Assembly (NCBI GenBank): GCA_938084645.1
Contig: CALKEP010000009.1
Span: 1-64,000 of the forward strand
Direction of reading: 5' to 3'
Origin: an uncultured Phycisphaerales bacterium
GTDB lineage: Bacteria; Planctomycetota; Phycisphaerae; Phycisphaerales; SM1A02
Length of the DNA stretch: 64,000 bases
The translations under genes and the position numbers were made by a program. This document shows, piece by piece, positions 29,463 through 39,119 of this stretch. The notes below the pieces were generated by a model that saw only the letters and a list, made by a program, of their open reading frames with translations, made no database searches and was not told the origin of the DNA. Position 1 is the stretch's first letter. Each line of letters opens with the position of its first letter.

Positions 29463-30563
29463 TCAGAGGACCCGGGTCGCCCTGGGATAGGAGCCGCGGA
29501 TGTGGAGGCTGGCGCAGTGGGCGCGAGCGTCCTCGATCGCCGCGGCGACGGCGGGATCCGCCTGGTGTCCCTCGAGGTCGATGAAGAACGTGTACTGCCA
29601 GTTGTCCATCCGCGAAGGGCGCTTGTCGATGTGGGTGAGATTCACGCCCGCGTCGCGGAAGGACGCGAGCACGTCGACCAGCGCCCCCGGCCGATTCATC
29701 GTCTGGAACTGGACCGTGGTCCGGTCGTTGCCGGTCGACCCCGGCGCCTGCCGGCCGATGATCAGGAAGCGGGTGATGTTCTCCCGTCGGTCCTGGATCC
29801 GATCGAAGACGACCTTCACGCCGTGGATCTCGCCACCGAGGCGGCACCCGATCGCCGCGGTTCCCGGCGTCTCCGAGGCGCGGACCACCGCGGCCGACGT
29901 GCTCGTGGTCTCGACGATCTCCGCGTGCGGCAGATTCGCGGCGAGGAACTTCCCGCACTGCGCCAGGGCCTCCGGCTTGCTGGCGACGGCCCTGATCGCC
30001 TCGGTGGGGCAGTTCGCCATGAGCGACTGGTCGATCGCGATCATGGACTCCGCGCAGACCGGGGCGTCGAGTTCGGCGATGGCGTCAAGGGTCTCGGTGA
30101 TCGAGCCGCCGATCGAATTCTCGTAGGGGACCAGCCCGTAGTCGGCCCGATCATGCATGACCTCCTCGACCACCGAGCGGATCGCGGTCATCGGCGCGAG
30201 TTCGGTGCTCGAGCCGAAGTGCCGGAGGGAGGCGAGGTGACTGAACGAACCCTCGGGCCCGAGATAACCGATGCGAAGCGGGCGCTCGAGGCGGAAGGAG
30301 CCGGACATCAGCTCCCGCCAGATGCCTTCGAGCGTGCGCTCCGGGAGCGGGCCGGCGTTCGCGGCGAGCACGCGACCGAGCACCGCGGACTCGCGGTCGG
30401 GGGCGTAGATCGGCGTGCCGTCGCCATGCTTCGCCCGTCCGACGTCCACCACCACCCGGGCCCGCTCGTTCAGGAGCTCGACGAGACGTTGGTCGAGGTC
30501 GTCGATCAGGGTCCGAAGGTGGTCGAGATCGGGCGGGGGATCACCGGCGGGGTCGTCGCTCAT
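29463..30563 (-). CDS. pheA: Bifunctional chorismate mutase / prephenate dehydratase
   Basis: LRTLIDDLDQRLVELLNERA (AroQ), YLGPEGSFS, PYENSIGG, NITRF, ACT domain NRPGAL..VNLTHI. Confidence 0.95.
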   Translation of the reverse strand: MSDDPAGDPPPDLDHLRTLIDDLDQRLVELLNERARVVVDVGRAKHGDGTPIYAPDRESAVLGRVLAANAGPLPERTLEGIWRELMSGSFRLERPLRIGYLGPEGSFSHLASLRHFGSSTELAPMTAIRSVVEEVMHDRADYGLVPYENSIGGSITETLDAIAELDAPVCAESMIAIDQSLMANCPTEAIRAVASKPEALAQCGKFLAANLPHAEIVETTSTSAAVVRASETPGTAAIGCRLGGEIHGVKVVFDRIQDRRENITRFLIIGRQAPGSTGNDRTTVQFQTMNRPGALVDVLASFRDAGVNLTHIDKRPSRMDNWQYTFFIDLEGHQADPAVAAAIEDARAHCASLHIRGSYPRATRVL

Positions 30564-30633
30564 ACCGGGAACAGTACGGGAAAGTCGTGAGACGTCCCGG
30601 GTGGCCGCTGTCGCCGGGGCGTCGATTCGGTCG

Positions 30634-31587
30634 ATGTCGATGAACGTGGAAGAAGACCCGGATCAACTCGGTGCGATTCCGGACCCCGCCGTCGGCGACT
30701 GGGCGTCGGTCGAACCCCTCACGCTCGGCGTGGTCGCCGGCGTCGGTCTGGTGCTGCTGCTGTTCGGCGGGCGTCTGTTTCGTCCGTGCGTGATCCTCGC
30801 CGCCGGCGTGGTCGGCGCGATCTTCGGAATCAGGCTCGCCGGCGCCACGCGGGACGAGACGCTGCCGGGCTGGATGCTCGCGGTCGGCATCCCGCCGCTC
30901 GCGTGGGTCATCGGGATGCCGTTGATTGGCGGCGTGCTGGCGGCGATCTTCGCTCGCATCATGCTCGCGTTGATGGTGGGCGTGGTGGGAAGCGGGGCGG
31001 TGCTCCTCGTCTCGGCGGTGGTGCTGGGTGTCGATGCCGGCCCCGCCTCGACCGCCGACTCGGCGCCGGCCGGCCTGCGTTTCCAGCAGGCACCGGACTC
31101 GACGGGTTCCGGCGGGGTGGGTGATTCCATCGATGCGGCGCGGGACGCGGCGATCGACACGGTGAGTGACGCCGCGGTCGACGCCATCGCCGCCGAGGGG
31201 CTCGACCGGATCCGGGCCGCGCGACGCCGCCTCGGTGAGATGGCGGAGGCGACGTTCGGCCGCATCCCCGACTGGTGGGAGGCGAGGACCGCGAACGTCT
31301 CGCAGGGAACGCTCGATCTGGTCCTCGCCACCGCGGTGGTGGTCGGCCTCGGTGGATTCCTCCTCGCGCTCGTCTTTCCGAAGCCGGTGGCGACGATCGG
31401 AACCTCCATGCTCGGCGGCTGGCTCGTGATGGCGGCCGGGGGGGCGGCGTGGGCGCGGTACGGCCGGACGGAATCACTGCCCGCCCCGTTCCTCATGCTC
31501 CTCGCCTGGGGGGTTCTGGCCGGCGCCGGTCTTCTGGTCCAGGGGCTCGGCAAGCCGAAGCCCGAGCCACCCGCGTCCGAGTCCTGA
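30634..31587 (+). CDS. Multi-pass membrane protein, DUF4203/TMEM198-like, with soluble insertion
   Basis: GLVLLLFGGRLFR, several TM segments, IGTSMLGG, GLLVQ; resembles the next gene. Confidence 0.6.
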   Translation: MSMNVEEDPDQLGAIPDPAVGDWASVEPLTLGVVAGVGLVLLLFGGRLFRPCVILAAGVVGAIFGIRLAGATRDETLPGWMLAVGIPPLAWVIGMPLIGGVLAAIFARIMLALMVGVVGSGAVLLVSAVVLGVDAGPASTADSAPAGLRFQQAPDSTGSGGVGDSIDAARDAAIDTVSDAAVDAIAAEGLDRIRAARRRLGEMAEATFGRIPDWWEARTANVSQGTLDLVLATAVVVGLGGFLLALVFPKPVATIGTSMLGGWLVMAAGGAAWARYGRTESLPAPFLMLLAWGVLAGAGLLVQGLGKPKPEPPASES

Positions 31588-31747
31588 ATGCATGAATCCA
31601 TGGAGGACCCGCCTCAGGGCCTCGAAAAGCCGGTTCGATCGTCGATATCTGGCCGTGAACGAGGAGGTCGGCCGATGAAGAACGCTGACTGCGGGCGGGA
31701 ATCGCGTTTCGTCGATGCGACCTCTCGTCCGCGCCGGAGCTGGTTCC

Positions 31748-32443
31748 ATGCCATCGATGACCCTCGCGCAGGTCGCGGATTTCACCTTCGCCCACACCTG
31801 GGACACCTTGATGAACTCGCTGGACCTCGTCCGGCGTCCCGACGAGATCGTCGCGATGCTGGAGTCGCTGCCCCTGGTCGGCGCGGTGGTGGTCACGGGC
31901 GTCGGCGCGGCCTGTGTCTTCAAGGGCTACAAGTGGCACAAGATCGTCGTGGTCATGCTCTCGCTCATGCTCGGCTTCGCCGTCGGTCGGATGATCAGCC
32001 AGGACCTCGGAAAGTCGACGGTGGTGGCGATTGCCCTGGGAATCCTGCTCGCGGCGATCGCGTCGCCGCTCCTCAAGTACACCGTCGCGGTCTTCGCGGG
32101 CATCGCGGGGGCCGGCATCGGCGCAACGCTCTGGTCTTTCTTCAATCCGGCCGAGTCGGATCTGGCGTGGGCCGGAGCCGGCATGGGTTTCATCTGCCTC
32201 GCGCTGTTGAGCTTCATCTTCTTCCGGATCGTGGTGATCCTGTTCACGAGCGTCGGCGGTGCCGCGATGCTGGTGATGGGTGCGGTCGCGCTGCTGTTGC
32301 AGGCGGAGTCGATCGCGCCGAGCGTGCACGACCAGTTGATCCTGCACCCCGGGGTGCTGCCCGTGGTCGTGCTCGCCGCCGCGGTGGTCGGGTTCGTCTA
32401 CCAGCAGGGCGGTTCCTCCGAGGCCGCTTCCGAGGAGGAGTGA
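31748..32443 (+). CDS. DUF4203/TMEM198-like membrane protein
   Basis: GAACVFKGYKWHK, about seven TM segments, LFTSVGGA, GFVYQ. Start uncertain (31715, 31748 or 31757). Confidence 0.65.
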   Translation: MPSMTLAQVADFTFAHTWDTLMNSLDLVRRPDEIVAMLESLPLVGAVVVTGVGAACVFKGYKWHKIVVVMLSLMLGFAVGRMISQDLGKSTVVAIALGILLAAIASPLLKYTVAVFAGIAGAGIGATLWSFFNPAESDLAWAGAGMGFICLALLSFIFFRIVVILFTSVGGAAMLVMGAVALLLQAESIAPSVHDQLILHPGVLPVVVLAAAVVGFVYQQGGSSEAASEEE

Positions 32444-32446
32444 TCG

Positions 32447-34966
32447 ATGGCGTGTCGGCGAGACGGGAGATGGCGTCGTCGTCGTGTGGCGATCGCGGGC
32501 CTCGCGATCGCAAGCCTCGCGAGCCTCGCAGGCTGCGGTGACGCCGCGGAGTCCGGGCCCCCGTCGGGGCCGGCCGGGGCCGTTGCGGCCGACGGTTCCA
32601 GCGTGAATTCAAACTCGAATCCGGATCCGAAGATGAACCAGCATGCGACCGGCCACCGGGCCGGCGATGGCGATCGAACGCCCAACCGACTCGTCGACGA
32701 GACGAGTCCGTACCTTCTTCAACACGCCTGGAATCCGGTCGACTGGCGACCGTGGGGGCCGGAGGCCTTCGAGGAGGCCCGTCGCCGCGACGTGCCGATC
32801 ATCGTGTCGATCGGCTATTCGACGTGTTACTGGTGCCACGTCATGGAGCGGGAGAGTTTCGAGGATCCCGCGGTCGCGGAGATCATGAACCGCGACTTCG
32901 TCTGCATCAAGGTCGATCGGGAGCAGCGACCGGACGTGGACGAGATCCACATGGCCGCCTGCCAGATCTACACGCAGGCCACCGAGGGGCGGCCGTCCGG
33001 TGGTTGGCCGCTGAACGCGTTCCTGAACCCCGACAATCTCGAACCGTTCCTCGTGGGAACCTACTTTCCGCCCGAGCCGGCGTACGGTCGCCCGAGCTTC
33101 AAGCAACTGCTCCAGAACGTCGCTTCCGCCTGGGAGAGTCAGCGTGAGGAGATCGCCGCGCAGGCGGGGCGGATCGCGGCGCTGGTCCGCGAGCAGCTCT
33201 CGGCCCGCGTCGATCCGACCCCGCTCGACCCCGGACTGGCGGCCCGCACCGCGGCGGGACTCCTGCAGTTCCACGACGCCGAACAGGGTGGGTTCGGTGG
33301 AGCGCCGAAGTTCCCGCAGCCGGTCTATCTGGAGCTTCTCCTGGAGGTCGGCGGCGATTCCCCCGAGCTTCGCGCGGCGCTGATTCGAACGCTCGACCGG
33401 ATGGCGGTCGGTGGGATCCACGATCAGGTCGCCGGCGGCTTTCATCGCTACTCGGTCGACGCGGAGTGGACCGTCCCGCACTTCGAGAAGATGCTCTACG
33501 ACAACGGGCAGTTGGCATCGATCTACGCCGAAGCCCACGCCCGCACCGGTGATCCCTATCACGCGGAGGTCGTCCGCGGGATCCTCGACTACGTGGGTCG
33601 GGAGATGACCGACGCGGACGGTGCGTTCTGGTCCGCGCAGGACGCGGAGGTCGACACTCGAGAGGGCGGCACCCAGATCTGGACCGAGGACGAGATGCGG
33701 TCGTCGCTCGTCGACGCGGGCCTTGCCTCGGACGTGGACTTCGCGCTGGCGCTCTACGGTCTCGACGGGGGGGCGAACTTCCGGGACCCGCATCATCCGG
33801 ATGCACCGCCGTCCAACGTGCTCCGTCTCCGGGATCGGCCCGAGGCGGTCGCCGCCGCGATGGGGATGGATCCGGCGGCGTTCGCGGCGCGTCGGGCGAC
33901 GGTCGATGCGGCGCTGCTGGCGACCCGTGAAGGACGGCCGCAGCCGGCGCTCGACGACAAGATCCTCGCGAGCTGGAACGGGTTGATGATCAAGGGATTC
34001 GCCGACGGTGGCCGGGTGCTGGGGGAGCCGGCGTACATCGACGCCGCGGATCGCGCCGCGGATGCGGTGCTCGCCCGACTCGGGCGGGCGGACGGCGGGC
34101 TCAACCGGACCGCCCGGGGGGAGGTCGTCCAGATCGACGCCTTCCTCGAGGACTACGCATTGATGGCCGAGGGACTGCTCGCGCTGCATCGGGCCACCGG
34201 CGATCCTCGTCGGATCGAGCAGGCCGGGGCCCTGGTCGAGGCGGCCCGCGAACGGTTCTGGAACGACGAGCGTGGCGGCTGGTATGACACCCAGGCGGGG
34301 CAGTCGGACCTGATCGTCCGTGCATCGAACATCAGCGACGGCGCGGTGCCCAGTGGTGCGGGCACCATGCTGCTCAACGTGATCGAACTCGCGAAGCTCA
34401 CCGACGATCCGCGGTATCTCGACACCGCGGAGGCGGCGCTCGCGGGAATGTCCGGTGGAATCGCCGCCAATCCCAGCGGGGCGGCTCGAAGCGTGATCGC
34501 GGTCGAGCGACTCGCCGCGATCGATCCCGCACGACTTCCCCGGGGATCCGCTGGATCGACGGGAGCCGCCGTGGCGTCGGCCTCGGAGCCGGCGGTCCGA
34601 CCGGACGTCACCGTCGTCGAGCCCTCGATCATCGAGGGGGACGAGCCCGGGTCCTACCGGCTTCGCATCGACATTCCCGAGGGGCAACACGTCAACGCCC
34701 ACGAGCCCGGCGGCGACACCCCGGAATCCGCGGGGCTGGTCGGGCTCTCGCTTCAGGTCGTGTCGGGTGGTTCGATCGAGGTGACCTGGCCGGCGGGTGA
34801 ACCGTGGCGAGACGGCGTCCGCGTCCACGAGGGGCGGGTGGAGATCCCGTTCGTGGTCGCCCCCGACGACGCGGACTCGACCGTCGTCTTCGTGGTGGGC
34901 TGGCAGGCCTGCGACGATCGCGTGTGCTTCCGGCCCGAACAGCGAGAGTTCGCCGTCCGCCCCTGA
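32447..34966 (+). CDS. YyaL/SSP411 (DUF255) thioredoxin-domain lipoprotein with C-terminal DsbD-N-like domain
   Basis: Lipobox [73 protein letters not shown]-terminal HVNAHEP...[12 protein letters not shown]. Confidence 0.9.
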   Translation: MACRRDGRWRRRRVAIAGLAIASLASLAGCGDAAESGPPSGPAGAVAADGSSVNSNSNPDPKMNQHATGHRAGDGDRTPNRLVDETSPYLLQHAWNPVDWRPWGPEAFEEARRRDVPIIVSIGYSTCYWCHVMERESFEDPAVAEIMNRDFVCIKVDREQRPDVDEIHMAACQIYTQATEGRPSGGWPLNAFLNPDNLEPFLVGTYFPPEPAYGRPSFKQLLQNVASAWESQREEIAAQAGRIAALVREQLSARVDPTPLDPGLAARTAAGLLQFHDAEQGGFGGAPKFPQPVYLELLLEVGGDSPELRAALIRTLDRMAVGGIHDQVAGGFHRYSVDAEWTVPHFEKMLYDNGQLASIYAEAHARTGDPYHAEVVRGILDYVGREMTDADGAFWSAQDAEVDTREGGTQIWTEDEMRSSLVDAGLASDVDFALALYGLDGGANFRDPHHPDAPPSNVLRLRDRPEAVAAAMGMDPAAFAARRATVDAALLATREGRPQPALDDKILASWNGLMIKGFADGGRVLGEPAYIDAADRAADAVLARLGRADGGLNRTARGEVVQIDAFLEDYALMAEGLLALHRATGDPRRIEQAGALVEAARERFWNDERGGWYDTQAGQSDLIVRASNISDGAVPSGAGTMLLNVIELAKLTDDPRYLDTAEAALAGMSGGIAANPSGAARSVIAVERLAAIDPARLPRGSAGSTGAAVASASEPAVRPDVTVVEPSIIEGDEPGSYRLRIDIPEGQHVNAHEPGGDTPESAGLVGLSLQVVSGGSIEVTWPAGEPWRDGVRVHEGRVEIPFVVAPDDADSTVVFVVGWQACDDRVCFRPEQREFAVRP

Positions 34967-34992
34967 CCGGGCCAATCGCTACCATCCGGCCC

Positions 34993-35505
34993 ATGTCACG
35001 CAGATTCAAGGTCGCGATCGTGTCCACGGGCGGGACCATCGAGAAGACGTACGACGAGCTCGGCGGCTCGCTGAGCAACGAATACAACGTGCTCGACGTG
35101 CTGCTGTCGCAGCTCGAGCTCGAGGGGGTCGAGATCCGCCGGATCTCCCTGATGAACAAGGACAGCCTCGACATGAGCGAGGCGGACATGGCGCTGGTCG
35201 CGACCACCGTCGAACACGTCCTCGCCGAGAACGACGGCGTGGTGGTCGTCCATGGAACCGATCGGCTCGCCGACACCGGGCACCTCATCCATGATCGACT
35301 GGGCGAGCCCGACAAGCCGGTGGTCCTCACCGGGGCCATGCGGCCCTACGAACTCCGGCAGTCGGACGCCGTCCAGAACATGACGGAGGCGATGATCGCG
35401 GTGCAGCTGCTCGATGGCGGGGTCTGGTGCGTGCTTCACAACAAAGCCATGCGTTTCCCCGGGGTTCGCAAGGATCGCGAGCGGCTGACCCTGACCCGGG
35501 ACTGA
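34993..35505 (+). CDS. Short-chain L-asparaginase (N-terminal domain only)
   Basis: STGGTIEK, KDSLDM, HGTD, VVLTGAMRP, SDA..N; 170 aa. Confidence 0.85.
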   Translation: MSRRFKVAIVSTGGTIEKTYDELGGSLSNEYNVLDVLLSQLELEGVEIRRISLMNKDSLDMSEADMALVATTVEHVLAENDGVVVVHGTDRLADTGHLIHDRLGEPDKPVVLTGAMRPYELRQSDAVQNMTEAMIAVQLLDGGVWCVLHNKAMRFPGVRKDRERLTLTRD

Positions 35506-35593
35506 TTCCGGAGCCGGTTCCGGAAGCGGTGGGATGAACGCCGCGTCTCCGCGGAGGCGGTATCCTCGCGGTCTCACCCCTGGAGCAGCCCGC

Positions 35594-37645
35594 ATGTCGA
35601 CCTATCTCACGGCCCCGGTACCCACCAAGAAGCTGCCTGGCGGCATTCCGTACATCATCGGCAACGAGGCGGCGGAGCGGTTCAGCTTCTACGGCATGAA
35701 GGGCATTCTCGTCGTCTTCATGACGGGGTACCTGAGCCTGCTTCCCGGGGCGGTCGGCAACGAGCCGATGTCCGACACCGACGCGATCGCCAACTACCAC
35801 CTCTTCACCACGGCGGTCTACTTCACGCCGATCCTCGGCGCGCTCCTGAGCGACATCCTGCTCGGGAAGTACCTGACGATCATGATCCTGAGCATCGTCT
35901 ACTGCATCGGACACGGTGCCCTGGCGCTGATGGGGCTCGGCGAGGGCATCGACCCGGGGTGGATGCTGTTCCTCGGTCTCGGTCTCATCGCGTTCGGGTC
36001 CGGTGGCATCAAGCCCTGCGTGTCCGCCCACGTCGGTGACCAGTTCGGTGCCTCGAACGGGCACCTGCTCAGCAAGGTCTTCGGCTGGTTCTACTTCTCG
36101 ATCAACGTCGGCGCGTTCGTCTCGACGCTCCTCACCCCCTGGTTCCTGGAGTGGTACGGGCCTCACCTCGCCTTCGGCGTCCCCGGCGTCCTGATGTGCA
36201 TCGCGACGTTCCTCTTCTGGTGCGGTCGCAAGAAGTTCGTGCACGTGCCGGCGGGCGGGATGAAGTGGTTCCGCGAGACCTTCAGCTGGCAGGGGATCAG
36301 TGCGATCCTGAAGCTGGGCGTGATCTACGTGTTCGTCGCGGTCTTCTGGGCGCTCTTCGACCAGACGGGATCGTCCTGGGTCCTGCAGGCGGAGGATCTC
36401 GATCGCGAATGGCTCGGGGTCACCTGGCTCGCGTCGCAGATCCAGGCCGTGAACCCGATCATGATCCTGGTCTACATCCCGCTGTTCACGTTCGTGGTCT
36501 ATCCGCTGATGGACAAGGTCTTCAAGCTCACGCCGATTCGAAAGATCTCGATCGGCCTCTTCGTCATGGTGATCGGGTTCGCGATGGTCGCCCTGCTCCA
36601 GGCCGCGATCGACGCTGGCCAGCGTCCCAGCATCGGCTGGCAGATCGCGGCCTACGCGATCCTCACGGCCTCCGAGGTGATGGTCTCGATCACCTGTCTG
36701 GAGTTCTCCTACACCCAGGCTCCGAAGACGATGAAGTCGGTGATCATGGCCCTCTTCCTGATGAGCGTCTCGCTTGGAAACCTGTTCACCGCCGGGGTGA
36801 ATTCCGTGATCCTCGTGGAATCGAACGCGGCGGGCGTCAAGGCCGTCGCGACGACGATCGCCAACCCCGAAGACGGGGCTTCGACCGATACCCCCACCGT
36901 GATCGCGGAGCGGGCCGGCTACCGGCAGGAGTCGATTCCCGGAGAGGGGTTCGCGATCGCCGAGGCGGGAATCGACGGCGTGCTCGGCTCCGAAGACGAC
37001 ATCAAGCTCGGCTTCGCGCCGGACGGCACGATGACCGGATTCGTCCAGCAGGAGGCCGATGCGATCCTCGAAGGCGTCGATCGGATCGGTGGATTCTGGG
37101 AGAAGAACGACCGCCTTCCGAACACCGAGGAGGGCACCGGGATCGTCCAGGGGCTTCTCGATCCGTGGGGCGGGCAGATTCGCTACTCGATCGTGACTGG
37201 TCGCAGTTTCACGGTCACCAGCGACGGTCCCGACCGGACCTGGCAGAGCGAGTACGACATCCGGGCCGAAGTCACCGTCACGTCCGCGACGGTGGCCGAG
37301 CAGCGTCGTGTGGCCGCCACCACCGGATCGTCGGATCTCCTCTCGTGGGCTCATCCGGAGACGACCTGGCTCGACCGTCGCAAGGCGGAGATCGCCGGCG
37401 AGGAGACGGTCACGAAGTCCGCTGAAGCCGACGCGGGGCCGCCCGAGATCGACGAGACACCGGAATTCGCCCGCGCGATCCGCTGGGACATCGGTGGTGC
37501 GAACCTGCTGCAGGGTGCCAGTTACTTCTGGTTCTTCACCTACGTGATGCTGGGCACGGCGATCCTCTTCGTTCCGGTCGGCTGGCTGTACCGTCCGCGC
37601 ACCTACCTGCAGGAGGAAGGCGACGCGGCGGGGGAAGCGCACTGA
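35594..37645 (+). CDS. POT/PTR family proton-dependent oligopeptide transporter with large late insertion
   Basis: NEAAERFSFYGM (ExxERFxxY), GSGGIKPCVSAHVGDQF, WFYFSINVGA, LFDQTGSSW, LEFSYTQAP..MKS. Confidence 0.92.
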   Translation: MSTYLTAPVPTKKLPGGIPYIIGNEAAERFSFYGMKGILVVFMTGYLSLLPGAVGNEPMSDTDAIANYHLFTTAVYFTPILGALLSDILLGKYLTIMILSIVYCIGHGALALMGLGEGIDPGWMLFLGLGLIAFGSGGIKPCVSAHVGDQFGASNGHLLSKVFGWFYFSINVGAFVSTLLTPWFLEWYGPHLAFGVPGVLMCIATFLFWCGRKKFVHVPAGGMKWFRETFSWQGISAILKLGVIYVFVAVFWALFDQTGSSWVLQAEDLDREWLGVTWLASQIQAVNPIMILVYIPLFTFVVYPLMDKVFKLTPIRKISIGLFVMVIGFAMVALLQAAIDAGQRPSIGWQIAAYAILTASEVMVSITCLEFSYTQAPKTMKSVIMALFLMSVSLGNLFTAGVNSVILVESNAAGVKAVATTIANPEDGASTDTPTVIAERAGYRQESIPGEGFAIAEAGIDGVLGSEDDIKLGFAPDGTMTGFVQQEADAILEGVDRIGGFWEKNDRLPNTEEGTGIVQGLLDPWGGQIRYSIVTGRSFTVTSDGPDRTWQSEYDIRAEVTVTSATVAEQRRVAATTGSSDLLSWAHPETTWLDRRKAEIAGEETVTKSAEADAGPPEIDETPEFARAIRWDIGGANLLQGASYFWFFTYVMLGTAILFVPVGWLYRPRTYLQEEGDAAGEAH

Positions 37646-37649
37646 GTCG

Positions 37650-38357
37650 ATGAACCCCGACTCCGGGCGACTCATCCGCCTGCGACGGCCGCCGGTCTTC
37701 AACCCGGTCCCCGATCGATGGATCCCCGAGTCCGTCGATCTGGACCGCGTCGATGACGCGTGGGAATCGCTTCGTGCCGAGAACCCGAGGTATCACGACG
37801 GGGACGTCCTCCACGTCCTCGGCGTGGTCCGAAACGGTCACGGCGGTGCGACCGTGCATCTGGCGCCCTCCAGCTATCGCTTCCTCGCGGTGCGGGCTCG
37901 TGGCATCGACACCGGAATTCGACCGCTCGGCGTGAAGGGCCTGTGCCTGCTCCGCGGTGATTCGATGTCCTCGGATCGGTTCCTCGCGGGACTCCGGAGC
38001 GAACGGAGCGGGTCCTATCCGGGTTGCTGGGAATTCCTGCCGGGAGGTGGCGTGCCGCCCGAAGACGACGGGGAGGTCCGGCCGGATCTGGTGTTCGTCC
38101 GCGAACTCCGGGAGGAATGTGGACTCGAGGCGATCGACGAACCGGTGCCGATGGCGATCCTCCGGGACGATGCGGTCGGAACCTGGGAGGTCGTGTATCG
38201 AGCCACCATCGATCGCGTCCCGGCGTCCGCGCCCGATTGGGAACACGATCGAGTGGCCGCGGTCCGGCCCCGGGAGCTGCCCGATCCCGCGAGCGATGCC
38301 GCCGTGATGCTGGTCCCGCTCGCGGAAGCGATCATCGAAGCGTCCGCCGACCGTTGA
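37650..38357 (+). CDS. NUDIX-domain protein
   Basis: YPGCWEFLPGGGV...RELREECGL Nudix-box-like motif. Confidence 0.7.
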   Translation: MNPDSGRLIRLRRPPVFNPVPDRWIPESVDLDRVDDAWESLRAENPRYHDGDVLHVLGVVRNGHGGATVHLAPSSYRFLAVRARGIDTGIRPLGVKGLCLLRGDSMSSDRFLAGLRSERSGSYPGCWEFLPGGGVPPEDDGEVRPDLVFVRELREECGLEAIDEPVPMAILRDDAVGTWEVVYRATIDRVPASAPDWEHDRVAAVRPRELPDPASDAAVMLVPLAEAIIEASADR

Positions 38358-38426
38358 GTCGGTGGCTCGGGGACGGGCGGATGGAACGGGGGCGGGTCGA
38401 ATCCGGCGGCTCGGCGTGCCGCGGTG

Positions 38427-39119
38427 CTACTCCGCGTCGAGCACGAGCGGTGGAGACATCGCGACCAGCATCCGGGCGAGCTCCGGGTGGAGGTCGTCGG
38501 AAATCGTGGCGTCGACCCATCGGGTCCGGCCGAGACCGTCGGTGACGATCTGGCTGATCACGTCCCGCAGTCGGATGGCGGTGGTTTCGTCCAGCCTCGC
38601 GTCGAGTTGTCCGGCGAGTCTGGCCGGGGTGAGCAGGTCACGAAATCCGTCGGTGGAATCGAGCAGGGCGAGATTGGAGCCGGAGATCGACACGCCGAAG
38701 CCGGCGTCGCCGGCGTTTCCTCGCGGCCATCCGAAGCCTCCGCCGCCGTAGAGACCGATCTGATCGTCGACGAGCACCACGTAGCGGATGCTCAGGTTGG
38801 TGGCATCCGCACTGACCGGCGTCCGGCCCGCCCGGGGACGCCAGAGGAACTCGACGTGGACGATTTCGGCCTGGTCGAAATCCCGGTCCGCGAGCCGGTC
38901 GAGGGGGACGGTGCTGAGGATCAGGGAGGTCTTCGCGGGATCCACCGTGTAGGCGCCGTACGCGAAGGACGTGGTGAGTTGGACGGGCGTCGCGGTTCGT
39001 GACGTGAGGGTGACCAGGCCGGCGGTGGTGGATGGCGCACAGGAACCGAGCAACCCGGCGGCGAGTGCGCCGACGGCCGCGATTCCAAGGGATCGGATGC
39101 GGTGGAAGGGGTCAGTCAC
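38427..39119 (-). CDS. Hypothetical lipoprotein
   Basis: Lipobox LLGSC; beta-rich globular sequence; GTG start overlaps the upstream stop by 8 nt. Confidence 0.65.
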   Translation of the reverse strand: MTDPFHRIRSLGIAAVGALAAGLLGSCAPSTTAGLVTLTSRTATPVQLTTSFAYGAYTVDPAKTSLILSTVPLDRLADRDFDQAEIVHVEFLWRPRAGRTPVSADATNLSIRYVVLVDDQIGLYGGGGFGWPRGNAGDAGFGVSISGSNLALLDSTDGFRDLLTPARLAGQLDARLDETTAIRLRDVISQIVTDGLGRTRWVDATISDDLHPELARMLVAMSPPLVLDAE

